Origin: Mobula hypostoma
Lineage: Eukaryota
Length of the DNA stretch: 64,000 bases
NCBI RefSeq assembly: GCF_963921235.1
Contig: NC_086111.1
Location: 36,084,001-36,148,000 of the forward strand
Reading direction: 5' to 3'
Shown: piece by piece, positions 24,130 to 35,869 of the stretch
How the letters are laid out: each line of letters starts with the position of its first letter
How positions within the stretch are numbered: position 1 is the first letter of the stretch
Notes under the pieces: model-generated
Told to the model about the DNA's origin: nothing
Databases searched by the model: none
The model's input: only the letters and a program-made list of their open reading frames with translations
Made by a program: the position numbers and the translations under genes

Positions 24130-25045
24130 CTTTGTAACTTCTGCCATCTCCAACTGGGTCCCATCACCAAGCTCATCTTTCCCTCAACCCCACTTTTCAC
24201 TTTCTGCAGGAATCACTCCCTTCGTGATTCCTTTGTCCACTCGTCACTCCCCACTGATCTCCCTCCAGGTACTTATCATTGCGAACAGAAGTTCCACACC
24301 TGCCCCTACTCCTCCTCCCTCACTACAATTCAGGGCCCCAAACAGTTCTTCCAGGTGAGGCAGCACCTCACCTGTGAATCAGTTGGGGTTATCTACTTTA
24401 TCCGGTGCTCCCAGTGTGGCCTCCTGTGTATAGGTGAGACCTGATGTAGATTGAGCGACCACTTCGCCGACCACCAATGCTCCGTCCACTAGAAAAAGAG
24501 GAATCTCTTGGTAACCACCCATTTCAATTCTACTTCTCATTCCCATTATGACATGTCAGTCCATGGCCTGTTCTACTGCCACAATGAGACCACACTCAGG
24601 TTAGAGGAGCAACACCTTATATTCCATTTGGGTAGCCTCCAGCCTGATTGCATAAACTTCAATTTCTTGAAATTCCAGTAATTGCCTTCCCCTTTTACCA
24701 TTCCACATTACTGTTTCCTTCTCTCACCTTATCACCTTACCTGCCCATCACCTCCCTCTGGTGCTCCAGCTCTTCCCCTCTCTTACATAGTCTTCTACTC
24801 TCAGATTCCCCCTCCACCAATCAACTTCCCAACTCTTCCCCTCCCTCTCTCCTGGTCACACCTATCACCTACCACCTTGTACCTCTTCCTCCTCACCTTC
24901 TTACTCTGAGCTATCGTGATGAGGGGTTCAGTCTGAAGCACCGACTGTTTATTTTTTTTCCATGGGTGCTGCTTGGCCAGCTGAGTTCCTTCAGCATTTT
25001 GTGTGTGTTTCTTTGGATTTCCAGCATCTGCAGATTTTCTCATTT
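24130..25045 (+). mobile_element. Penelope-like element 3' part (GIY-YIG remnant plus pLTR)
   Basis: CAGGGCCCCAAACAGTTCTTCCAGGTGAGGCAG, GTTATCTAC..CGGTGCTCCCAGTGTGGC..ATAGGTGAGACC (IY..RCSQCG..IGET). The pLTR end carries a degenerate hammerhead at ~24915. Confidence 0.85.
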
Positions 25046-25076
25046 TTATAGTAATATGTACCCCAGACTTCTAAGG

Positions 25077-26222
25077 CAGGGGTCTCCAACCTTTTTTGCA
25101 CTGTGGACCGGTTTAATATTGACAATATTCTTGCGGATCGGCCGACCCAGAAAAGACTACAATGACCATGAAGCCTTGCGCGGGCACCAGTGCGCACGCA
25201 TGTACCTGCCAATTTTTTTCCCTGCTAATTGTTTTTGGCGATTCTTTTCGGTGGAGGGGGGGTAATGTTAATCACGACCAGAATATAGGTGATAAGTGGC
25301 TAATACACTCAATTTTGTTTCTAAAAGGCTTTATCTAACGAATTTAATATTAAACACACAGCGCATATTTTCCTCGCATGAACATAGTGATGAGTCAATT
25401 ATCAGGGAAGGACAGGGGAGCTTGAAGTAAGCATGGAACGAACTTCCAGTAGAAGTGGCAGAATCAGGTTTGACATTATCAGTTAAAGAAAAATTGTATA
25501 GGTATATGGACAGGAAAGGAATGGAGGGTTATGGGCTGAGTGCAGGTCGGTGGGACTAGGTGAAAGTAGTGTTCGGCACGGACTAGAAGGGCAGAGGTGG
25601 CCTGTTTCCGTGCTGTAATTATTATATGGTTATATAAGTAAGTCAATAGCATCATAACATTTTAAGTAACATTTGGATATTAAACACACAGCACATATTT
25701 TCCTCGTATGAACATATAAAATCATTGCAACACACCAATATCGCTGAATCAGTGGGAGCCCTGGGCTTGTTTCCCTGCAACAAGACGGTCCCATCGAGGG
25801 GTGATGGGAGACAGCGATACTCGAAGGGGGTTCCTGATGTCCAGTCTATTCTGCAGTTTAGTTTTCGATGCATTCATTGCAGAAAACTCCGCTTCGCAGA
25901 AAAATGTTGGAAATGGAAGCAACGTTTTCAGTGCTTTCATGGCTATCTCAGGATATTCAGCCTTGACTTTGATCCAGAGTACCGGCAGAGATGTTATGTC
26001 AAACATACTTTTCAGCCCGCCGTCTTTTGCAAGCTCGAGGAGTTGAACTCCTTCCCGCGCTGACATGGATGACGTGCGGGTAATGACCTCGCATACGTAA
26101 TGGCTCAACAGTGGGCGTGACAGGGAATGAGGAAAGTTGCAGCTGACTTATATCGCCAAATCATATCATTTCCTCGCGGCCCGGTAGCACATGTTTTGCG
26201 GCCCGGTGGTTGGGGACCACTG
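25077..26222 (-). mobile_element. Non-autonomous hAT-Charlie (MER1/Charlie3-like) element
   Basis: TIRs CAGGGGTCTCCAACC / GGTTGGGGACCACTG and a perfect 8-bp TSD TTCTAAGG (25069-76, 26223-30). Minus ORF 25749-26108 is a hAT dimerisation C-terminus ending SPITPRWDRLVAGKQAQGSH. Confidence 0.93.
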
Positions 26223-29093
26223 TTCTAAGGGAAACAAGGAAGAAGTTGCAGAGGTTCTGACAGAAATTGTCATCATTTCTTTGGTCAGTTTAGATTTAGC
26301 AAATAACTTGGAGCTCAGCAATTGTAGAATGTTCACTCAAGAAGGTTAGCTGGGACTTTCTAGGAGGTGCTCATAGAGTGAGGTACACTTTGGCTTCACT
26401 CCATTCCCTTTACTTTTTTTACCCGTAACCACCCTTATTCATTTTGACTAACCCTACACTAAAGGGTTTATATACAGGTATATTTTTTGAACTTTGATTT
26501 CAAGTTGTTGGAAATGGCAACACTCAGATGAAGAGATGTTAAAAATGGCAAAGATTCTGAAGGCAAGGAAAGAAAAAATGGCGACCCTAAACCATCTACA
26601 GACATCCCATTAACGTTAGATACAATTTCGAACCCTCTAGATGAAAAATTCAACTGTCAAGATGAAAAATTTTCCCACAGATATTCTGCGATTGAAGGAG
26701 TTTTAAAGACAGTTGAACATAATCTTAGATCGTTTAGACGCGCATTTGTACAACAAGCAAGAATTTCAGAACTTGATGAAGCTGCTCGGTGAAGCTTTCG
26801 CCAAACCAATCACAGGTTCTACACCAAGAGTTGTTATTATTCGGTTCCATTATGTTCACATCAAGGATCGTCTGATACGAGCTGCCTGAAGAATAAGAGT
26901 GATTGAATTTCAAAGTTTAAAATTTCGTTTGGTTGAGATTTTTGCCCTGAAGTTTTAAGGGAAGAGATGGCTTTTAAACCATTGTCTTCTGAATTTTATC
27001 AAAAAAGTTTTAAACCCGCTCTCCTTTACCCAGCTCGTCTGAGAATTGCCCTTTCCAATAATTCTCATCATCTTTAAACCTCCGATTGAAGCTCAAAAAT
27101 TTCTTGATGATCTGAATTTGTCTAAGACCTAATTAATCTACTATTTCCTTTTTCATGTTTGCTCTTACTGTTTTTTTTTAGTTAATAACAGATTTACAGA
27201 TTTGAATCTTTGATAATTTGAGGGTTTATGTTCTTGGTTTGTAGTGTAGGTATTTTTCTTATACTTTTAGATTAAAGTTTTTTTCTTTTCTTAATGGTTC
27301 TGCCTGGTATTTTTATTTATTTTCTATCCTTATTTTTACTTTTTCTATTTTTGAAAGTAATTAAGTAGAAGATTTGGGGCTTAATTTTGTTCTCCTTTTG
27401 AAATGTTTGGGGAAGTATTTGTTTTTTTTTGGTTCTTTACATCTCAAGATGGTATTTCGGCTTTTTTCCCCATGTTGCTTTTTCTCTCTCATTGTGTCTT
27501 TTTTATTGTTTCTGTTTGAAAATAATTAACAATATGAGCTGGCGCTTGTTTTTTTTAAATATTAATAAAATGATATTTTGTCCTATGCTTTCAGTAACTG
27601 CAGTTTTCATTTATTTAAGGTAATTTCTTTCGGGTGTTTTTTTTAAATATAAAAATATATATCTTTTGGGCTGCCTTCTAGAAAGATGGGGTTAGATTTA
27701 GTGTTAGATTATCTTTTGGCCTTTCTTTAGCTTTCTTCCAGGTCTTTGTGGGTGGAAGGTGGGGGTCTTTCTATCTTTAGTTTAGTTTTTTCAATGGGGC
27801 TGACTCGCAACTACAAAAATATCCGAAATGTCGTAACTTCCAGTTCCTCTTCAAACCTCTTTTTCCTCTTCCGGATCCATGAGTTTGTACTCTGGTTAAC
27901 CCATTACATAACAAATGGTTAACTCTAGTTATATGCATAATGTTATTAATTTTGTTTCGTGGAACACAAACGGTTTAAACCATTTGCTTAAACGGAAAAT
28001 TTTTTAATGTATTCCATAGAATGAATGCTCACATTATTTTTGCACAAGAAACTCATATGAGGAAAGAGGATAATCAGTGTTTTTTCATGTTTTGGAAGGA
28101 TTAGCAATATCATTCGAACTCGAATGCCAGAGTGAAAGGTGTTTCCATTTTTATAGATTCTTCAGTTTCATTTATTCATTATGAAACTATTTCAGATCTG
28201 AATGGCAAATTTTTGTTAATTACTGGTTTACTTTTCAACAAAAAAGTTGCTATGGTGAATGTTTATGCTCCAAATATTGATATCCTGAATTCTTTAAGTA
28301 TTTGTTTACATCTCTTCCTAACTTAAATGATTATATGTTGATAATCGGTGGCGATTTTAACTGTTGTTTAAATCCCTCGATGGATAGATCTGTCTCTAAT
28401 CAGACACTTCCAAGTAAATCTGCTACTCTTATCAACTTTTTTATGGTTGAGACAGGAATTTTAGAAATTTGGAGATTTTTACACCCCAAGGATAAAGAGT
28501 TTTCATTCTTTTCTTATGTATATCATAGCTATTCTAGAATTGACTACTTCTTTATTGACTCTTATTTAATTCCATCTGTTATTGATTGTAATTATGATTC
28601 CATCGCAGTCTTCGAACACGCACCTTTGAAACTATCTATCAAATTAATGGATACATCTTCCAGCATTAGACAATGGCGGTTTAATTCTACTCTTCTTCAA
28701 GACTCGAAATTTATTAATTTCATTAAGGATCAGATCGATTTCTTCTTTTCAACAAATGTTACAGAAGAAATTTCTAGCTGGGTACTATGGGACTCTTTTA
28801 AAGCATGTATATGTGGTCAAATTATTCCATACTCTGCTGGACTGAAAAAACAAATAATGAAATACATATGCTGGTTGATAAGATTAAAGAAAATTGATAA
28901 GGTTTACTCTATTGCTCCTAGTAAGGAGCTTTATAAAGAGAGAGTTGAGCTTCGAATGGAGCATAGTTTATTAATAACTTCCTCAATCAGAAATCAATTA
29001 AAACTAGGAGTCAGTTCTACATACATGGTGATAAATCTGGTAAATTACTAGCCAATCAATTGAAAACTGCTTTGGTCAAACATCAGATTCTTA

Positions 29094-29796
29094 TGTAAGG
29101 GGTTTCTTTTTTTTTATGTCACTGCATAGTCTTGTTAAAATGGCTTCTTTGTTATGTTATAATTGAATGGGCTTCTTTGTTATGTTAACTGCTGAGAAAG
29201 TCCTCCTGCTAGCCGTTTGTTTGAATCACGTTACTGATAAAAGGATGTTATGAACCAATTGGGGTAGTTGTTATGTTTTTGGTGTGTCTGTAAGATATTG
29301 TATACGCAGGGTTTTGGGGGAGAAGGTGGGAGAGAAAGAGACAGAGGATGGACCAGGTGCTGTGAGTCCGCTAACGGGGTCGGACCCCGAGCGGAGCGTT
29401 CGGCAAGGAGAGGAGACGGAGACGGACTCATGTGGAGCGTCTGATCGACCACCACTGGTGGTCCCAGGCGGCTGGTTGAGGTGGTCCAAGGGGTCACAGG
29501 GTGAAGAAGAAGGGTCCCAAGCTCCAACTATTTGTGCACGAAGAGATTGAACTTTGATAAGTGTGGCGCCTTTGATTTTCCTTTTATATTTTATTCTCTA
29601 TTAATTATATAGTTCCAGTAATATCTATAAACTGTAAATCATTTAATCATATCTGGTGTATTGTCTGTTATTTGGGCGGGGTGGGGTACATCACACAGTA
29701 TCCACACAAACTGATTACCCAGTTTGGCAGGGCCGAGGGCTGTTTCCCTAAACGACAGCAAGCCGAGCGACCCTGAGGCTGGCCAGAGGGGCTACA
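29094..29796. mobile_element. Solo LTR (703 bp, probably Gypsy) inside L1 ORF2
   Basis: TGTA...TACA termini and 4-bp TSD CTTA (29090-93, 29797-800). The L1 frame resumes after it. Confidence 0.88.
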
Positions 29797-31873
29797 CTTA
29801 AGATTAATAAAAGAGATGGTATCCTGACCGTTGACCACGATGAGATAAATAAATCCTTTCAAGAAGTTTACAGTTCACTATACCAATCAGAATTTCCTGA
29901 TTATTCTACTATAATGCACAAATTTTTAAGGAAACTGAATTTCCCAAAATTATCATTCAATGAACGTTTAATATTAGAAGCACCCATTACTGAAGATGAA
30001 ATTAAAAATGCTATTTCTTCCATGAATCTAGGTAAAGCACATGGTCCAGATGGTTACACAGTAGAATTTTGAAAATCCTTTTCCAATATTCTCTCACCTT
30101 GGCTATATAGAATGTTTAAGGATGCATTATCTATAGGTAAGTTACCACAATCCTTTTATGGTGCTACTGTTTCTTTAATTCTTAAAAAATATAAAGATCC
30201 TACTGAATGTGCATTATATAGGCCTATATCCCTATTGAATGTGGATTCCAAGATTTTTTCTAAAAAATTAGCAATTAGATTGGAGAAGATATTGCCTCAA
30301 ATTATTTCTGTTGATCAGACTGGATTCATTAAAAATCGTTATTCATTTTCTAATATTAGATTAATGAATATTGCTTATACCCCTTCATCTAGAATTCCAG
30401 AATGTGTAATTTCACTAGATGCTGAGAAAGCATTTGACAGAGTTGAATGGACATATTTATTTACTACGCTTGAGAAATTTAATTTTAGTCTGATATTTAT
30501 ATCCTGGATTAAATTAATATATCTTACCCCTTCAGCGTCAGTACTTACCAATAATCAAAGATCTCACTTTTTTCAGTTGTTTCGCAGCACCAGGCAAGGT
30601 TGTCCTCTTAGTCCATTGGTATCTGATATTGCTTTAGAACCTTTGGTCATTGCTATTCGTGAATCAACTAATAGATTTGGTATCACCCGAGGGAATAAAA
30701 TACATAAGTTATCACGATATGCTGATAATTTATTACTATATACCTCTAATCCTGAAAAATCTATTCCGGCACTAATATCCTTGCTTGATCAGTTTAGTAA
30801 TCTTTCTGGTTACAAATTGAACCTTAATAAGAGTGAACTCTTCCTTTTAAATATGCAGATTCCAATTTGTAGATGTTCACCATTCAGAATGGTTACTGAT
30901 TATTTTACTTATCTGGGTGTTAAAATTCCTAAGAAATATAAGGATTTATTGAAGCATAATTTTTGACCTTTAATTGATCAGGTTAAACAATTGTTTATTA
31001 AATAGTCCCCATTGTTTCTATCAATGCTTGGTCAAATTAATGCTATTAAGATGATTGTTCTACCTAAATTTTTATACTTGTTTCAAGCATTACCAATTTT
31101 CATTTCTAAATCCTTTTTTGATACTTTAGATTCTAAAATTTCTTCATACATATGGCAAAATAAAAAGCCTAGATTAAATAAAAAATATTTACAGAAGTCT
31201 AAAAAGGATGGTGGTTGAGCATTGCCGAATTTTAGATTTTACTATTAGGCAATTAATATTCAATATTTAATATTTTGGACACAGGATTTGGATATAACTT
31301 TAAGCCCACAATGGGTAAACCTGGAATGTAAATCTGTACAAGGATTTTTTTCTGACTTCCATTTTAGGGACTTCTCTTCCATTTTTCCTTTCTAAATTAA
31401 ATAAACAAATGCTTAATCCAATAATTAAGCATACGCTACGAATATGGTTTCAATTTCGCAAATTTTTTGGTTTTATCAAGCCCTATTATATCTAACTTTT
31501 TCTTTCATCCATCTGTTACAGATCAAGCTTTTTTGGTATGGAAAATGAAGGGTATATTAAGCTTTCGTGATTTATTTTTGGATAGCTGTTTTATGTCTTT
31601 TGAACAGTTTTATGTCTTATAAATATAATTTGCCTAGATCTCATTTTTTTAGATATTGTACAAATTTGAAACTTTTTAAATACTAAGCTACCCACGTTTC
31701 CAACTTCATATCCATTTGATATCACGGAAAAAAAATTAGGTTTAAATCCTTATCAGAAGGGTTTAATATCAATCATTTATGATTTAATTACGAAAATAAA
31801 TTCAGGTATATCTGATAAAATTAAGACAGAGTGGGAAAGAGAACTTCATTTACCTACAGAAAAATGGGAAAAA

Positions 31874-32854
31874 GGGGGCTCGAGGCTGGGGTCTTGGTTC
31901 CAGGGGCTCGAGGCTGGGGTCTTGGCTCCAGGGGCTCGAGGCTGGGGTCTTGGCTCCAGGGGCTTGAGGCTAGAAGCTGGGGTCTTGGAATGCGGAGGCT
32001 GATAACTCAGAGGCTGGAGCTCGGAGACAGACTGGGAGCTGTACAACAACATTGAGCCGGGACTTATCCTTAGACAAGCTGGGACTCAACTTTATCTCCA
32101 CACCAAGATGGGACAGGTCCATCCGTCGGGTAATGGCAGAATGGTCTGACTTACCTCATGGAGGCAAGGACAAGACAAGACAGATCCCCCTGCAGGGCAA
32201 CGGCAAAACGGCCTGACTTACCCCCAGAGCTGAGGACAAGACAAGACAGATTCCCCCCCACCCCCGCAGGGTAACAGCAGAATGGCCTGGCTCACCCCAC
32301 GGAGGCAAGGCCAAGACAAGACAGATCCCCCTGCAGGGTAACGGCAGAACGGACTGCCTTACCACACGGAGGCGAGGACAAGAAGAGACAAACACCGAAG
32401 AATGACAGACAGTTCCATGTCTGCTCTGAGAAATCTCTGAGTCACAGTTATAGCCAGCAACCTCAGCTGGCTACAGAAACAGCTGGATCCCTACCAAGCT
32501 TGGAGTGGCTGACGGCCACTCAGATGGCCCGGCAAACAGCTGAAACCATACCGCAAAGACAGCTCCGACTACCAGCAGCAAGGCTCTATGAAGCGATGGT
32601 TCTCCAACGTGGCCTAAAGATGGCAAGTGGCCGCTCTAGCCTTCCACCAGCAGGTTGCTCCCAGGGAATCTTGACAAGACAAACCAGCAGCCCACACTCG
32701 ACCCCAAGGCTACTTATATTCCAAGCCTCAAGATGAGAATCAGGTGCCTATGATTAACCCAACCAAAACAAGGGACAGCTGGAAGACCCGGAGTCCTGAG
32801 TCCACAGACCGAACCTTGAACTGGAAAGCAGACTTCACTGACCGGACCATGACA
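31874..32854 (-). mobile_element. Truncated LTR-element fragment with internal tandem repeats inside L1
   Basis: GC-rich island in AT-rich L1; the minus strand starts TGTCATGG. Contains a 28-bp unit (CTCGAGGCTGGGGTCTTGGCTCCAGGGG) at ~31876-31990 and a ~65-bp unit x4 at ~32130-32390. No TSD. Confidence 0.55.
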
Positions 32855-33109
32855 GAAGTTGCTTCCTTGACTCATATGTTCTGGTCTTGCCCCTTTTTGG
32901 ATAAATATTGGAAGGATAACTTTGATATTATTTCTAAAGTTTTGTGTATTGATTTACAACCTCACCCCATTACTGCAATTTTTGGGTTACCAATGATGGA
33001 AGATAATTACTTATCCCCATTCAGCCTGCCGGATGATTGCATACCTTACATTAATGGCTAGAGGATCTATCTTATTGAATTGGAAAGAGGTCAATCCTCT
33101 TACTACATC

Positions 33110-34848
33110 CTCTGACCAATTGAATAATTACTTTCGTTCTGTCTTCACTAAGGAGGACATAAATAATCTTCCAGAAATAGTAGGGGACAGAGGGTCCAGT
33201 GAGATGGAGGAACTGAGTGAAATACATGTTAGTAGGGAAGTGGTGTTAGGTAAATTGAAGGGATTGAAGGCAGATAAATCCCCAGGGCCAGATGGTCTGC
33301 ATCCTAGAGTGCTTAAGGAAGTAGCCCAAGAAATAGTGGATGCATTAGTGATAATTTTTCAAAACTCGTTAGATTCTGGACTAGTTCCTGAGGATTGGAG
33401 GGTGGCTAATGTAACCCCACTTTTTAAAAAAGGAGGGAGAGAGAAACCGGGGAACTATAGACCGGTTAGCCTAACGTCGGTGGTGGGGAAACTGCTGGAG
33501 TCAGTTATCAAGGATGTGATAACAGCACATTTGGAAAGCGGTGAAATCATCGGACAAAGTCAGCATGGATTTGTGAAAGGAAAATCATGTCTGACGAATC
33601 TCATAGAATTTTTTGAGGATGTAACCAGTAGAGTGGATAGAGGAGAACCAGTGGATGTGGTATATTTGGATTTTCAAAAGGCTTTTGACAAGGTCCCACA
33701 CAGGAGATTAGTGTGCAAACTTAAAGCACGCGGTATTGGGAGTAAGGTATTGATGTGGATGGAGAATTAGTTAGCAGACAGGAAGCAAAGAGTGGGAATA
33801 AACGGGACCTTTTCAGAATGGCAGGCGGTCAATAGTGGGGTACCGCAAGGCTCAGTGCTGGGACCCCAGTTGTTTACAATATATATTAATGACTTGGATG
33901 AGGGAATTAAATGCAGCATCTCCAAGTTTGTGGATGACACGAAGCTGGGTGGCAGTGTTAGCTGTGAGGAGGATGCTAAGAAGATGCAGAGTGACTTGGA
34001 TAGGTTGGGTGAGTGGGCAAATTCATGGCAGATGCAATTTAATGTGGATAAATGTAAAGTTGTCCACTTTGGTGGCAAAAATAGGAAAACAGATTATTAT
34101 CTGAATGGTGGCCGATTAGGAAAAGGGGAGGTGCAACGAGACCTGGGTGTCATTATGCACCAGTCATTGAAAGTGGGCATGCAGGTACAGCAGGCGGTGA
34201 AAAAGGAGAATGGTATGCTGGCATTTATAGCGAGGGGATTTGAGTACAGGAGCAGGGAGGTACTACTGCAGTTGTACAAGGCCTTGGTGAGACCACACCT
34301 GGAGTATTGTGTGCAGTTTTGGTCCCCTAATCTGAGGAAAGACATCTTTGCCATAGAGGGAGCACAAAGAAGGTTCACCAGATTGATTCCTGGGATGGCA
34401 GGACTTTCATATGAAGAAAGACTGGATGAACTGGGCTTGTACTCGTTGGAATTTAGAAGATTGAGGGGAGATCTGATTGAAATGTATAAAATCCTAAAGG
34501 GATTGGACAGGCTAGATGCAGGAAGATTGTTCCCGATGTTGGGGAAGTCCAGAACGAGGGGCCACAGTTTGAGGATAAAGGGGAAGCCTTTTGGGACCGA
34601 GATTAGGAAAAACTGCTTCACACAGAGAGTGGTGAATCTGTGGAATTCTCTGCCACAGGAAACAGTTGAGGCCAGTTCATTGGCTATATTTAAGAGGGAG
34701 TTAGATATGGCCCTTGTGGCTACGGGGATCAGGGGGTATGGAGGGAAGGCTGGGGCGGGGTTCTGAGTTGGATGATCAGCCATGATCATAATAAATGGCA
34801 GTGCAGGCTCCAAGGGCCGAATGGCCTACTCCTGCACCTATTTTCTAT
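33110..34848 (+). mobile_element. Young 5'-truncated CR1 LINE with an almost intact RT, inside L1
   Basis: ORFs 33033-33770 and 33792-34766 are in the same frame, split by one TAG. Motifs KSPGPDG, NYRPVSLTS, YLDFQKAFDKV, GVPQGSVLGP, FVDDTK. CR1 tail TTTCTAT. Confidence 0.95.
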
Positions 34849-35310
34849 TTCAATGGTTTTCTTAAACTATTTCTTGCTTAAATTTAGAGAAAATCAGAAG
34901 TGGCACCTCTGATCCTTCAGTTAAATCTGAAGAAACTTGGAGACCATTTATTCAACATTTTCATATGACATTTATCGAATCCTTTTTTCAACTAAAAATA
35001 TACGGATAGAGGAGTGGAGTTAATACCATTAATGATTGTATCCGATGTAATATGTTAGCCCGACTTTGTTTTAGTTTTGTATAGTTTAGTCTAGTTTTGC
35101 TTAGCTTAATTGAGTGTGTTTTTTTTTCATTTATCCTTTACCATGTTCAATTATATTTAGAGTTGGGGAGATCTAACATACTTGTACTATCAGCAATTTT
35201 ATATTTGCAAATGTTAGCTATCAATAATGTAATTCCATTCTCTGTTTATTAATATTATTGTTATGTTTATAATTTTGAAAATTCATAAAAAAGACTGGAA
35301 AAGGAAAAAA

Positions 35311-35790
35311 CAGAAGGGTAGTCAGAACAAACCAGCTTATTACAGACTGTTAAGTCTTATATCAGTGTTAGGGATAATATTTGGGAAAACAAGTCTGAGG
35401 GACAAGTGTAATCAGGACTTGGAGAGGCAGAGCTTAATCAAAAATATGAGTGTGGCTTTGTTGTAACTGATTTGCTGATTTTTTAAAAGAGGCAACTAAT
35501 TGTGTCAATAAGGATACGTGGTTGATACAATCAACATGGACAAAGTTTCACATGGACAATGATCCAAAGGGCCAGCTATAGGCAAGTTGGCAAATTGGTT
35601 CTCAAATGGGCTTTTGGGCAAACAGTCATGGATTGTTTTTGACGGAACCTGCAAACACTGGGATTGGTGTTGAACTCTTATGTACATTAAAGATTCATAT
35701 GTGAATGCGGAGGCATGATCCATAAATTTTTAGATAGCATGAATATTAATATTGGTGATCGTGAGGAGCATAATCTTCAGATGCAGAACA
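35311..35790 (+). mobile_element. Old CR1 RT remnant, host of the nested cluster (other pieces at ~25052-25076 and 26223-26350)
   Basis: The pieces join as MYPRLLRETRKEVAE..KGSQNKPAYYRLLSLISV across the hAT and L1 insertions. Confidence 0.7.
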
Positions 35791-35869
35791 ATAATAAGCA
35801 ATAAACAAGATAGACAGAGCAATTGCAGATAGAAAGTAAGTTACACAGAACAGAAACGGGTCCAACACC

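Larger units (their letters stand above)
26351..35310 (+). mobile_element. Near full-length decayed L1-clade LINE (ORF1, APE, RT, zinc knuckle) with three nested insertions
   Basis: ORF1 remnant (RVVIIRFHY..LLYPARLRI), then FVSWNTNGLN at ~27950, VNVYAPN, GGDFNC, YSRIDYF, YRPISLLNVDSKI, SLDAEKAFDRVEW, RQGCPLSP, YADN, HMFWSCP and an A-rich tail. Imperfect TSD AGAAGG(T/G)TAG at ~26340 and ~35312. Confidence 0.92.

Noticed and set aside
32130-32390. Regularly spaced repeats resembling a CRISPR array
   Set aside because: Whole units are repeated with no unique spacers; eukaryotic TE minisatellite with no cas genes.
34097-34813. 238-aa minus-strand ORF
   Set aside because: Antisense shadow of the CR1 RT frame; it recurs at 57535-58155.
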